Source: an uncultured delta proteobacterium (GTDB lineage: Bacteria > Desulfobacterota > Binatia > Binatales > Binataceae). From it: a stretch of DNA of 64,000 bases. How positions within the stretch are numbered: position 1 is the stretch's first letter; the number at the start of each line of letters is the position of its first letter. The stretch covers positions 169,464-233,463 of the forward strand of contig CAVRJV010000013.1 of NCBI GenBank assembly GCA_963721485.1, written 5' to 3'. The notes under the pieces are model-generated. The model ran no database searches. It was given only the letters and a program-made list of their open reading frames with translations, and had not been told where the DNA came from. Positions 41,112 through 49,316 of this stretch are shown here, piece by piece. A program made the translations under genes and the position numbers.

Positions 41112-43697
41112 GAGAATCACGTTCGCGGTGATATGGGCCGCGATGCTCGTGCCTGCTATCGCACGCGCCGATGCTCCCGCTTCGACTGGCGCTCCCGCTA
41201 CCAAGCCTGCGAAAGCGAAAGGGTTTGCAGTGCCTCCGGCAGTTCGCGCCGAGCATGGCGGCTCCCGTTAACATAACCGGCCAGGAAACGATCTACGATT
41301 CCAAGACCGACACCTTCGTCGTCAAAGGCGACGCTGTCATGACCCAGGGCGGCAGCGTGCTGAAGGCCGACGAAATCGACATCAATGCGCCGCGACCGCC
41401 AGGCGACGGCGATCGGCCATGTCCATCTGATCGATCCGGAAGTCGAAATGTGGGCGACCAAGGCGACGATCAACGTCACCAACGAGACGATGGTGCTCTA
41501 CAACGCCAAGGTGTTAGCAAAGCAGGACATTTATCATCTTGAAGGCCAGGAGATCATAAAGCAGGAGGGGCCCAACTACGTTGTCAAGAAGGGCTTCTTC
41601 ACGACTTGCGGATGCGAGAAGGGCACGCCCTCTGGTCGATAAACGCGGACCAGATGACGGTGAACATGGGCCATACGGGCCATGCCACCAACGGCACCTT
41701 CAACGTGGCGGGCTACCCTGTGATTCCGTTCCCGTACCTGGTCTTCCCGGCAGATACCGACCGGCACAGCGGCGTGCTGAGCGGGCGCTATGGCGAATCG
41801 GGACTGCGCGGCTTTCAATGGCTGCAGCCGTACTATATCGCGATCAACAAGAGCTCCGACGCGACGGTCGCGCTCGATATCGAGACCTCGCAGCGAGTCG
41901 GTGGGCTGGCCGAATATCGGTTGGTCAATGGCAAAGACGATTATTTCTGGGTGGACGGTGCGTTCTACAACGAGTCGATCCGGTCGGACCAGCAATCGCC
42001 TCAACGACACCGTTGACTACCAGATCGCCGATCCGCACATCCCGCTCGATCGCTACGGGATAATCGGGATGACCCGGCAACATCTCACGCCCGATCTGAT
42101 CGCGTACGCCGACGGGGTTTCGGTCAGCGACAGCCTGTACCTGCGCGAGATGGATGTGTGGACGTTGTCGCGCGGTTTCCAGAGCGGCAATTGGGGTTCG
42201 ATGCGAAATGCTGCGTCGGATTTCGGGTTGCTCGACCAGTTCGAAAACGCATATGTGAATGTCAAAGGAAGCTGGAATCAGGATCTGATTCAACCGCAGC
42301 AATTCGCGTTGCAGCGGCTGCCCGATGCGACGGTGACCGGACGCCAGGAATTGTTCAACAACCTGATGTACGCGGATTACGACGCGGAGGCGGTCAACTT
42401 TTACCGGTACGAAGGCATCGACGGCCTCCGGCTGGACGCGAATCCGCGCGTTACGCTGCCATTTCGTTGGGGTGACTACCTTCAGGGGTATGGTCAAATC
42501 GGATCGCAGGCGGCGTTCTATGACGCCAACGGACATAATCTACAGGTCATTCCGGTCGGAACCTCGCCTGCGCCCGAATCGGTCAAACCCTCGCACAACA
42601 CTTGCGCCAGCGGCGGTGGTCAGCAACTCATCTGGAACAATTGTGTGGTGCTGAGCGCACTTTCATCCGATGGCGACAGCGCACGACTCATCCCGTACGC
42701 AAAAGCCGGAATCTCGACGACTCTCGATCGTGTTTACGACGTCGACTGGAAGACGGTCGATAAGCTCAAAAATATCATTCAACCGTTCGCGAGCTATTAC
42801 TACGTGCCGAATATCTACCAGGGCAACATGCCTCTGTTCGACTCATTCGACCGCCTGAACTCGCGCAGTCTCGTCACCTACGGTGTCACCACCAGGCTGT
42901 TCGCCAAAACCAGAGATTTGCCGCCGGAGGAGCCGACCACCGACGACGCGACTCCGACCGAGGGGTTGTCCGATGCCGAGGCGGCGACGGGGGCGTTCAG
43001 CGAAGAGCCAATCGGGGATGCGGCCATACCACATGCCGGAAACATCGTCCGCAACGGCGAGCATTCCTCGGAGGTTGGTTCATTGACGGTACAGCAGTCG
43101 TACGACATCGGGCACATAGTGGCCAACAATTCGGACATGTCGGACATCCAGGCGCTGCTGCACCTCTATTTGAGCCAGCTTATGACGTTCAGCTCGGAGG
43201 TCGATTACAGCCCGCGAAATCATGCCGGAGTCTCGCTCGCGGACGCGTCGATAAGTTACCAGCCGCCCTGGTCGACGCCTGGGTCGAAAATTTACATGGG
43301 CAAGGCGCTGCAAGGCTCGTTCATACAGTTGGGATACAACTATGCCAATCGGAGGGACACGGTAATTCGGGGTACGAACAAGAATGCCGCCGAGTTCGTT
43401 TCGGGCACCGCGTACACAGAGGTGTTCGACAGGCTGGGCCTGTACTTTGCGCCCTCATACGACATCGCGTCGAATCAAATGCTGTCGACCGAATACGGCG
43501 TGCGACTCAAATCGCCGTGCGATTGCTGGGCGGCGGACGTTGGCGTTACCGATTCGTACAATCCCAACGAAACGCAAATCCAGTTCCAGTTAACGCTCGG
43601 TGGTCTAGGTTCGGTCGGGCAGCGGCCATTTGGGCGCAATCCGTTCCAGCAAGCAGGCACGGTTGGCTCCTCGACCGGAGTTCTGCCGACCTACTGA
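41083..43697 (+). CDS. lptD: LPS-assembly outer-membrane protein LptD, frame-interrupted in the first ~900 nt
   Basis: The signal peptide is MGCFLKSALKRITFAVIWAAMLVPAIARA (TTG start). The OstA-like N-domain (ITGQETIYDSKTDTFVVKGDAVMTQGGSVLKADEIDI; VKKGFFTTCGCE) lies in several frames. The long beta-barrel part is intact in ORF 41790..43697. Confidence 0.8.
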
Positions 43698-43717
43698 GAG
43701 CCGCGCGAACAGCGCTC

Positions 43718-44629
43718 CTAGAAGTACAGCAGCGCGATATCGGTAAGAATCCACAGCGCGACCGCAATCATCAGAGGCCGATCCCGGATTAGCGCGCGGG
43801 CCGGGTCGCCGCCTTCGTTGCGTTCGTCGATCAGGTACAGGTAGCGCAGGACTCCGAAGGCGACGAACGGTACCGTCAGGTAGAGATGGCGGGTGCCGAG
43901 CTTCGCTTCGACCTCGGCCGACGCCGTGTAAATCATGTAGCTGACGAGCGTCGCGCCGGCGACGATCGAAATCATCTGGTCGACCAGTCGCACGCTGTAC
44001 TGCGAGAGCGCGCTGCGATGAGCGATAGCGTCGTCGCCCAGTGCAATCAACTCGTGGCGCCGTCGCGCAAGTACCAGGAATAGCGCCAGTACGAACGTGA
44101 TGAACACCAGCCACGGCGATACCTCGACGTTGATCGCGACGCCGCCGGCGAATGCACGCAGCACGAAGCCGATCGCAACCGCGATCACGTCGATGATCAC
44201 CTGGTGCTTGGCCCACATCGAATAGACGAGCTGAAGGACAGCGTACACGACCGCGATGCCCAGGAACGCGCGGCCCAATATCATGCTCAGTACGACGGCG
44301 ATCGCCGCCAGCACCAGCGCGGCCCGGCCTGCCGCGGCGACGGTAATATCGCCACGCGCCAGCGGGCGGTCGCATTTTTCCGGATTCAGCTTATCGGCAT
44401 CGCGGTCGGCGATGTCGTTCAGAATGTAACCGGCGCTCGATAGTGCGCAGAACGCGACGAAAGCCAATGCCGCGAGCAAGTCGTCGTGGAAAACGAACAG
44501 CCGCTGGCCGAATACCAGCGGCGCCAGTACCAGCGCATTCTTGATCCACTGATGGGGCCGCGCGAGGCGGAATATCGCCGCCAACTGGCCGGTGCTCGGG
44601 CTGTCGTTCAACCTGGTCGCCGCGTTCAC
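43718..44629 (-). CDS. UbiA-family prenyltransferase, decaprenyl-phosphate phosphoribosyltransferase-like
   Basis: The sequence ARPHQWIKNALVLAPL, ILNDIADRDADKLNPEKCDRPLARG (NDxxDxxxD) and the C-terminal ..YLYLIDERNEGGDP.. are typical of DPPR-synthase-like enzymes. The start is set at GTG 44629. The ORF is open to 44854 but that part overlaps the neighbouring gene. Confidence 0.7.
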   Translation of the reverse strand: MNAATRLNDSPSTGQLAAIFRLARPHQWIKNALVLAPLVFGQRLFVFHDDLLAALAFVAFCALSSAGYILNDIADRDADKLNPEKCDRPLARGDITVAAAGRAALVLAAIAVVLSMILGRAFLGIAVVYAVLQLVYSMWAKHQVIIDVIAVAIGFVLRAFAGGVAINVEVSPWLVFITFVLALFLVLARRRHELIALGDDAIAHRSALSQYSVRLVDQMISIVAGATLVSYMIYTASAEVEAKLGTRHLYLTVPFVAFGVLRYLYLIDERNEGGDPARALIRDRPLMIAVALWILTDIALLYF

Positions 44630-44717
44630 TCCAATTCGTTGTATAGGTCCGTGCTTTGGGGTCGCAAGACGACCGGGCACTTGACCGCGTGCCACGTTTG
44701 CGAAAACAGTACGGTCG

Positions 44718-45779
44718 ATGAGTTCTTCGACGCAGGAAAAAACCGGACCGTCGGCCACTATCGATCTCGTCGGGCTGAAGCGCTTCCTCGATGAGCGCAA
44801 GCTGGGCGCCACGAGCGCGCTTCGCTCCGAAAATATTTCGTTCGGCCATTCCAACGAAGTCCATCTCGTTCATTTCGGCGGCAATTCATGGGCGCTGCGC
44901 CGCCCGCCGCGCGGCCCGCTGCTGCCGACCGCGCACGACATGATGCGTGAGTATCGCGTCATGAAAGCTCTGCAAGAGACGGCGGTGCCGGTGCCGCGCG
45001 TCTATGCTGTGTGCGACGATCCGTCGTACATCGGCGCGCCGTTTTACCTGATGGAGTATATGCGCGGCGACGTCGTGCGTGCCGACAACAAGCATTTCGC
45101 GCAGACGCCCGATCTTCGCCGGCAAGTGAGCGAGCAGATGGTCGATGTACTCGTCGCGCTGCAGAGAGTCGATTGGCGCGCGGCCGGCCTCGAAGGCTTC
45201 GGCCGCCCCGATGGTTACCTCGTGCGCCAGCTCAAGCGATGGACCGATCAGCTCGAGCGCACGCTTCCGCACACGCGCCCGCTGCCCGTGATGGAGAGAG
45301 TGAAAGAGTGGCTGCGCACGCGCATCCCAGAGTCGCCTGCGCCGACGATCGTCCATGGCGACTACAAGCTCGACAACGTGATGTTCGATCCGAAAAGCGC
45401 GCGCGCGATCGCGGTGCTCGATTGGGAGATGTCCACGATTGGCGACCCGCTCGCCGATTTCGGCTGGATGCTGACCTACTGGCCCGATCCGACCGACCGC
45501 GCGTCGGGCGGCGTCATCGCCAGCATGCCGGCCGCCGAAGGATGGCTGACACGTCGCGAGATGATCGATCGATACGAGCGCAGCACCGGCCGCGCGATGC
45601 GCGATTTCCCGTTCTACCAGGCCTTCGCGCTGTTCAAGCTCGCGATCATAATGGAAGGCAGCTACGCACGCTTCGTGCTCGGACAGACCGACGATCCACT
45701 ATTCGCGAGCAGCAAGGAGCGGGTGCCTGCGCTGGCGGATGCGGCATGGTCGGTGTGCAACTCGGTGTCGAGTCGCTAG
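44718..45779 (+). CDS. aminoglycoside-phosphotransferase-fold (APH/choline-kinase-like) kinase
   Basis: This is an intact 353-aa ORF with APFYLMEYMRG, the catalytic loop IVHGDYKLDNVMF and VLDWEMSTIGDPLADF. Confidence 0.75.
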   Translation: MSSSTQEKTGPSATIDLVGLKRFLDERKLGATSALRSENISFGHSNEVHLVHFGGNSWALRRPPRGPLLPTAHDMMREYRVMKALQETAVPVPRVYAVCDDPSYIGAPFYLMEYMRGDVVRADNKHFAQTPDLRRQVSEQMVDVLVALQRVDWRAAGLEGFGRPDGYLVRQLKRWTDQLERTLPHTRPLPVMERVKEWLRTRIPESPAPTIVHGDYKLDNVMFDPKSARAIAVLDWEMSTIGDPLADFGWMLTYWPDPTDRASGGVIASMPAAEGWLTRREMIDRYERSTGRAMRDFPFYQAFALFKLAIIMEGSYARFVLGQTDDPLFASSKERVPALADAAWSVCNSVSSR

Positions 45780-46621
45780 CGAGCAGCGCGAAAGATCGAT
45801 CGCACCCAGCCGCGCGCCTCAGGATACTCGTCGGCATCGAGAACAAACTCCTGCCCGCGCCCGACGGACTGCAAGCGCACCGAATTGTCGCACTCCGTCC
45901 AACGCGCCGGCTTCGAGTGATAAGAAAGGACGGGGCGGCCGTTTGAGTGGAACCATCGCGGCAGCCGCCACACCGAACAGTTTGAGTCGGTCTCGGTTAG
46001 TATCAACTCGGGTCTGATCCGGTCGAAAGCGCCTGCGCCTCTCGTTCTGAGGCCAATCGATGAGAGGCGATCGCTAGCAAAATAGAGCGTGTTGTTTTTG
46101 TACCGTTCGGGCGCCGTGAGATGTGGATGTCCGCCTGCCCACGGAACTTCAGTCGCAACCTCGTTGGTTGCGCGTGACACGCTACCTACCTGGAGCCACC
46201 CGAAGATGACGTGAAGTTTAGGGGCGTCGCGAACGAAGCGGAATTTCGCCCCGACCTTCTCGGCTTGCCGGAAACTTCCGAAGAAAAGAAATAAGTCGCC
46301 GCGACCAACCTTGTGCCGCGCGAGATGACTCTGCGCGGCTGCGGCCTGACCGAAAATCGGACGCCATCCCGCGGCACGCGCGAGAGCGTCGCTGCGCAAA
46401 TCAGGATCGAGATGGGCGCCATCGCCACGGCCGATTCGTCCACGCGTCAGGTCTTCGACAATTCGCGCGATTGCCACTCCGTTGAACGCAGCGATTTTTC
46501 CGTACGGCGTCGGCGATCCCGCATCCGGAATCGGCAGCGAGCATAGTTGTCCGTCGAGGATCGGGCTCGGGCATCCGCCGTTAGCCGAGTCGAATCCCTT
46601 GCGGCTGAGGATCAGCTTCAT
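45776..46621 (-). CDS. hypothetical protein resembling the Nmad3 (nucleotide-modification-associated domain 3) family
   Basis: This is an intact 281-aa ORF. From memory, the N-terminus MKLILSRKGFDSANGGCPSPILDGQLCSLPIP matches the characteristic start of proteins annotated as Nmad3. This is not verified by any search. Confidence 0.45.
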   Translation of the reverse strand: MKLILSRKGFDSANGGCPSPILDGQLCSLPIPDAGSPTPYGKIAAFNGVAIARIVEDLTRGRIGRGDGAHLDPDLRSDALARAAGWRPIFGQAAAAQSHLARHKVGRGDLFLFFGSFRQAEKVGAKFRFVRDAPKLHVIFGWLQVGSVSRATNEVATEVPWAGGHPHLTAPERYKNNTLYFASDRLSSIGLRTRGAGAFDRIRPELILTETDSNCSVWRLPRWFHSNGRPVLSYHSKPARWTECDNSVRLQSVGRGQEFVLDADEYPEARGWVRSIFRAAR

Positions 46622-46624
46622 AAT

Positions 46625-46819
46625 GATTCGCGTTCTGCGCTGAGAATGACATAAAACGAGTTGCTTGCGAGCGTCGCTACAGCGTCGTGGTTAGGGGTGC
46701 GTGAACCAGCGTCGATAAAGATCCGGAATTCTTCGCTACGCTCAGAATGACAAGGGGCCGTTCGTTCTCTGTGCTCGACTCTTTTCTTTGTGTCATTCTG
46801 AGCGAAGCAAAGAATCCCG
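46625..46819. repeat. three copies of a ~27-nt GTCATTCTGAGCG(A/T)AGC(G/A)AAGAAT-type hairpin repeat
   Basis: Copy 1 is at 46625-46650 (reverse orientation, GTCATTCTCAGCGCAGAACGCGAATC). Copy 2 is at 46724-46750 (reverse, GTCATTCTGAGCGTAGCGAAGAATTCC). Copy 3 is at 46791-46819 (forward, GTCATTCTGAGCGAAGCAAAGAATCCCGG). Copies 2 and 3 form an inverted pair around a 40-nt spacer. Confidence 0.7.
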
Positions 46820-46910
46820 GACGCGCCGGTGCGAGGTGTATTCGATCCACAATCCTCGGCAACGGCCTCGCTGGAGTGGCGCTGAACGGCTCGCTTCAAA
46901 GTGACTTTCG

Positions 46911-47567
46911 ATGCCCGACGCTGATCTCCTCGCCGAACTGGCACGCTTTATCGAACGGATTACCGCGATTGCGCGGACCGGGCTCGCCTTCAAGCCCGAC
47001 GGCTTCGACTCGGAGCGCTACGAGGAATTGCTCAAAGAGGCCGCGCGGATGCATACGGTCGTCGCGGGCGCGAGCGACGACGACGCGGATGCGTTGCGCC
47101 GCCTATGGCGCGAGCAGGTGATCGCCGGATACGAAGGATACGTCACGGCGGCGGTGGGATGCGGCGTGATCGCATTCAATGATCGCGACGAGATTCTGCT
47201 GATTCAGCGGCCGACCGGCAAATGGTGGTATCCCACCGGCTTCTGCGACGTCGGCGTGTCGCCCGCCGAGAACGTCGCGAAGGAAGCGCGCGAGGAGACC
47301 GGCCTTATCGTCGAGCCCGAGCGTTTGATCGCCGTGATCGACAACAAGAAGTACGGATCACCCGCGCGCCATATCTACTCGATGCTCTTCTACTGTCGAA
47401 TCGTCGGCGGTGAGCTGAAGCCGAATCCGCTCGAAGCAATCGACGCCGGGTTCTTCCCGCTCGATCGTATGCCGGAGCCGATGCACGGTATCGATCGCAA
47501 ATGGATCGCGCTGGCCGGCGAGTTCCACTTCGACGGCCGCGTCGTGCCGTACTTCGATCCACTCTAA
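46911..47567 (+). CDS. NUDIX hydrolase with N-terminal helical extension
   Basis: The Nudix box is GFCDVGVSPAENVAKEAREETGL (GX5EX7REUXEEXGU pattern). An N-terminal ~75-aa helical domain (LLAELARFIERITAIARTGLAF) is seen in some NUDIX subfamilies. Confidence 0.8.
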   Translation: MPDADLLAELARFIERITAIARTGLAFKPDGFDSERYEELLKEAARMHTVVAGASDDDADALRRLWREQVIAGYEGYVTAAVGCGVIAFNDRDEILLIQRPTGKWWYPTGFCDVGVSPAENVAKEAREETGLIVEPERLIAVIDNKKYGSPARHIYSMLFYCRIVGGELKPNPLEAIDAGFFPLDRMPEPMHGIDRKWIALAGEFHFDGRVVPYFDPL

Positions 47568-47571
47568 GGGG

Positions 47572-48093
47572 CTAGTGAGCGGCCGCGTCGGCCGGGGTGC
47601 CCATCGCCTGGGCCTGCATCGGCGGCTGGGCGCGGGTGCTCGCGCCGATCGAGATGATCATCATACCCTGCTCGTAGCGCGGGCCGCCGACGATTAGCGT
47701 GCCGTTGTTCTTGAGCTTCAGGTCGGTGGTCATCATCGGGCGCGTGCCGTCGAACAGCACGATCTCCATCGCGATCATGTCGTTGTCGATTGCGCGCGGC
47801 TGCACGTGGAGAATCTTGCCGCCCGGCAGCGTGAACGCGATCATCTTGCCGCAGTCGGTCTGCCCTTCGTTATGGCCGATCAAGCTGTAAGTCGAGAAGC
47901 CGAACAGGCCGCGCAGCTTCTTATCCATTGGTTCCAGCCGCGGGTCGGTGCCCTCGTTGGTATCGGCGGCCATGACCGAGTCGATATAGACATAAACCTG
48001 CTTTGACGCAGGCTGTGCAAAGGAAAACCCCGGCGTTCCAAGAGCCGTTATCGCGATGATCAGGAAGGTGAGGCTACCGGGGCGCAGCGTCAT
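47572..48093 (-). CDS. secreted hypothetical protein
   Basis: This is an intact 173-aa ORF with the signal peptide MTLRPGSLTFLIIAITALGTPGFSFA|Q. It is the last gene of the sigma/anti-sigma string. Confidence 0.55.
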   Translation of the reverse strand: MTLRPGSLTFLIIAITALGTPGFSFAQPASKQVYVYIDSVMAADTNEGTDPRLEPMDKKLRGLFGFSTYSLIGHNEGQTDCGKMIAFTLPGGKILHVQPRAIDNDMIAMEIVLFDGTRPMMTTDLKLKNNGTLIVGGPRYEQGMMIISIGASTRAQPPMQAQAMGTPADAAAH

Positions 48094-48099
48094 GGCGAC

Positions 48100-48683
48100 C
48101 TAAGGCTGATCCGGCAACCAGATAACCGTCGTGTCCCTGCGCGGCTCGCTCCAGACCGCGACCGAATGATTCTCCGACTCGAGCCGCGAGATGTCTGCGT
48201 GCGAATCGTTATCCGCCATCGTCGGTTCATTGGCAGTTGCCTGGGCCACCTGATTTGCCGCCGGCGCGGCTTCGTGCTCTGCTTGGCGAATGCAGTGGTC
48301 TGGTTGCGTACCCCGATTGGCGAACTCCCGGGCATACGGCGTCATAAGAATTATCGTCATGACGGCGACCGCCGCGACTGCTCCACCCCACGCGAAGCCG
48401 GCGCCACGGAATCTACCTGCCGCCTGAAGAAGCGCGCGATTCGCGTCGACACGGGCTGCGGCAGGCGATCGACGCGAGCGATCACCGCGCTCGAGAAACC
48501 GGCTAGAGATGGTTCGACGGCGATCGATCTGAGGTCTCGTCCGAGCGTCGAGTAATCGGCAAGGATGCCGGTGCAGGATTCGCATCGCGCCAGATGGAAC
48601 GCGACTTCCTGCATCTCGTTCGGTTCGAGTTCGGAGTCCTCGAACGCGCCGAGCATCATGCTTATTTCACCGCATTCAGCCAT
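48100..48683 (-). CDS. anti-sigma factor (zf-HC2 type, single TM), one frame change near 48420
   Basis: The N-terminal H..C..C motif (VAFHLARCESC) is in ORF 48357..48683. The TM helix FAWGGAVAAVAVMTIILM and the periplasmic tail are in ORF 48100..48585. Confidence 0.7.
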
Positions 48684-48689
48684 ATTCGA

Positions 48690-49316
48690 TCAGCTCCCGG
48701 CCACGTCCTTCAAAATGGTGCGCAGGTGCGTTCGGGCATAGTGCAACCTGCTCATGACCGTCCCTCTTGGGCACTGCAAAACGTCGCTAATTTCGTCGTA
48801 CGACATCCCTTCGACTTCGCGTAGAAGTATCACTGCACGATGTTCCGGCGTCAACTCCTCCAGCGCTTGCTTTAGTCGCGCCGAGAGTTCACTGCGGCTG
48901 ACTTCCTTGAACGAGTCGCCTGTGGTGGTCGGCAATTTGCTGATTTCAGTTTCCGCATCTTCGCCGTGCAGGACCACGTGGCGTCCCTCGCGGCGCCAGA
49001 AGTCGATCGCGAGGTTGGCCGCGATTCGATAGAGCCAGGTCGAGAAGCTGGATCGCGATTCAAACTTCGACAGGTTTTCGTAGGCGCGGACAAAAGTTTC
49101 TTGCGCCAGTTCAATCGCATCATCCTGATTGTGCACCACCGCCATCGCGACGCCGACCACGCGACGCTGGTATCGCTCCACCAAAACGCCGAATGCCGCC
49201 GAATCGCCCTTGCGCGAGCGTTCGATAAGTTCGGCTTCATCACCGTCCTGGCGGCCTGGTGTTCTCAACTTGAGTAGACGCAGGGGCGGGCGACTAAATT
49301 CAGCGAGGTTATTCAT
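48690..49316 (-). CDS. ECF (group 4) RNA polymerase sigma factor
   Basis: The protein starts MNNLAEF.. It has region 2 (FGVLVERYQRRVVGVAMAVV..DAIELAQETFVRAY, STWLYRIAANLAIDFWR) and region 4 (LTPEHRAVILLREVEGMSYDEISDVLQCPRGTVMSRLHYAR). The computed ORF 48690..49484 is fused in frame to the polA tail only because of a polA frame error. Confidence 0.85.
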   Translation of the reverse strand: MNNLAEFSRPPLRLLKLRTPGRQDGDEAELIERSRKGDSAAFGVLVERYQRRVVGVAMAVVHNQDDAIELAQETFVRAYENLSKFESRSSFSTWLYRIAANLAIDFWRREGRHVVLHGEDAETEISKLPTTTGDSFKEVSRSELSARLKQALEELTPEHRAVILLREVEGMSYDEISDVLQCPRGTVMSRLHYARTHLRTILKDVAGS

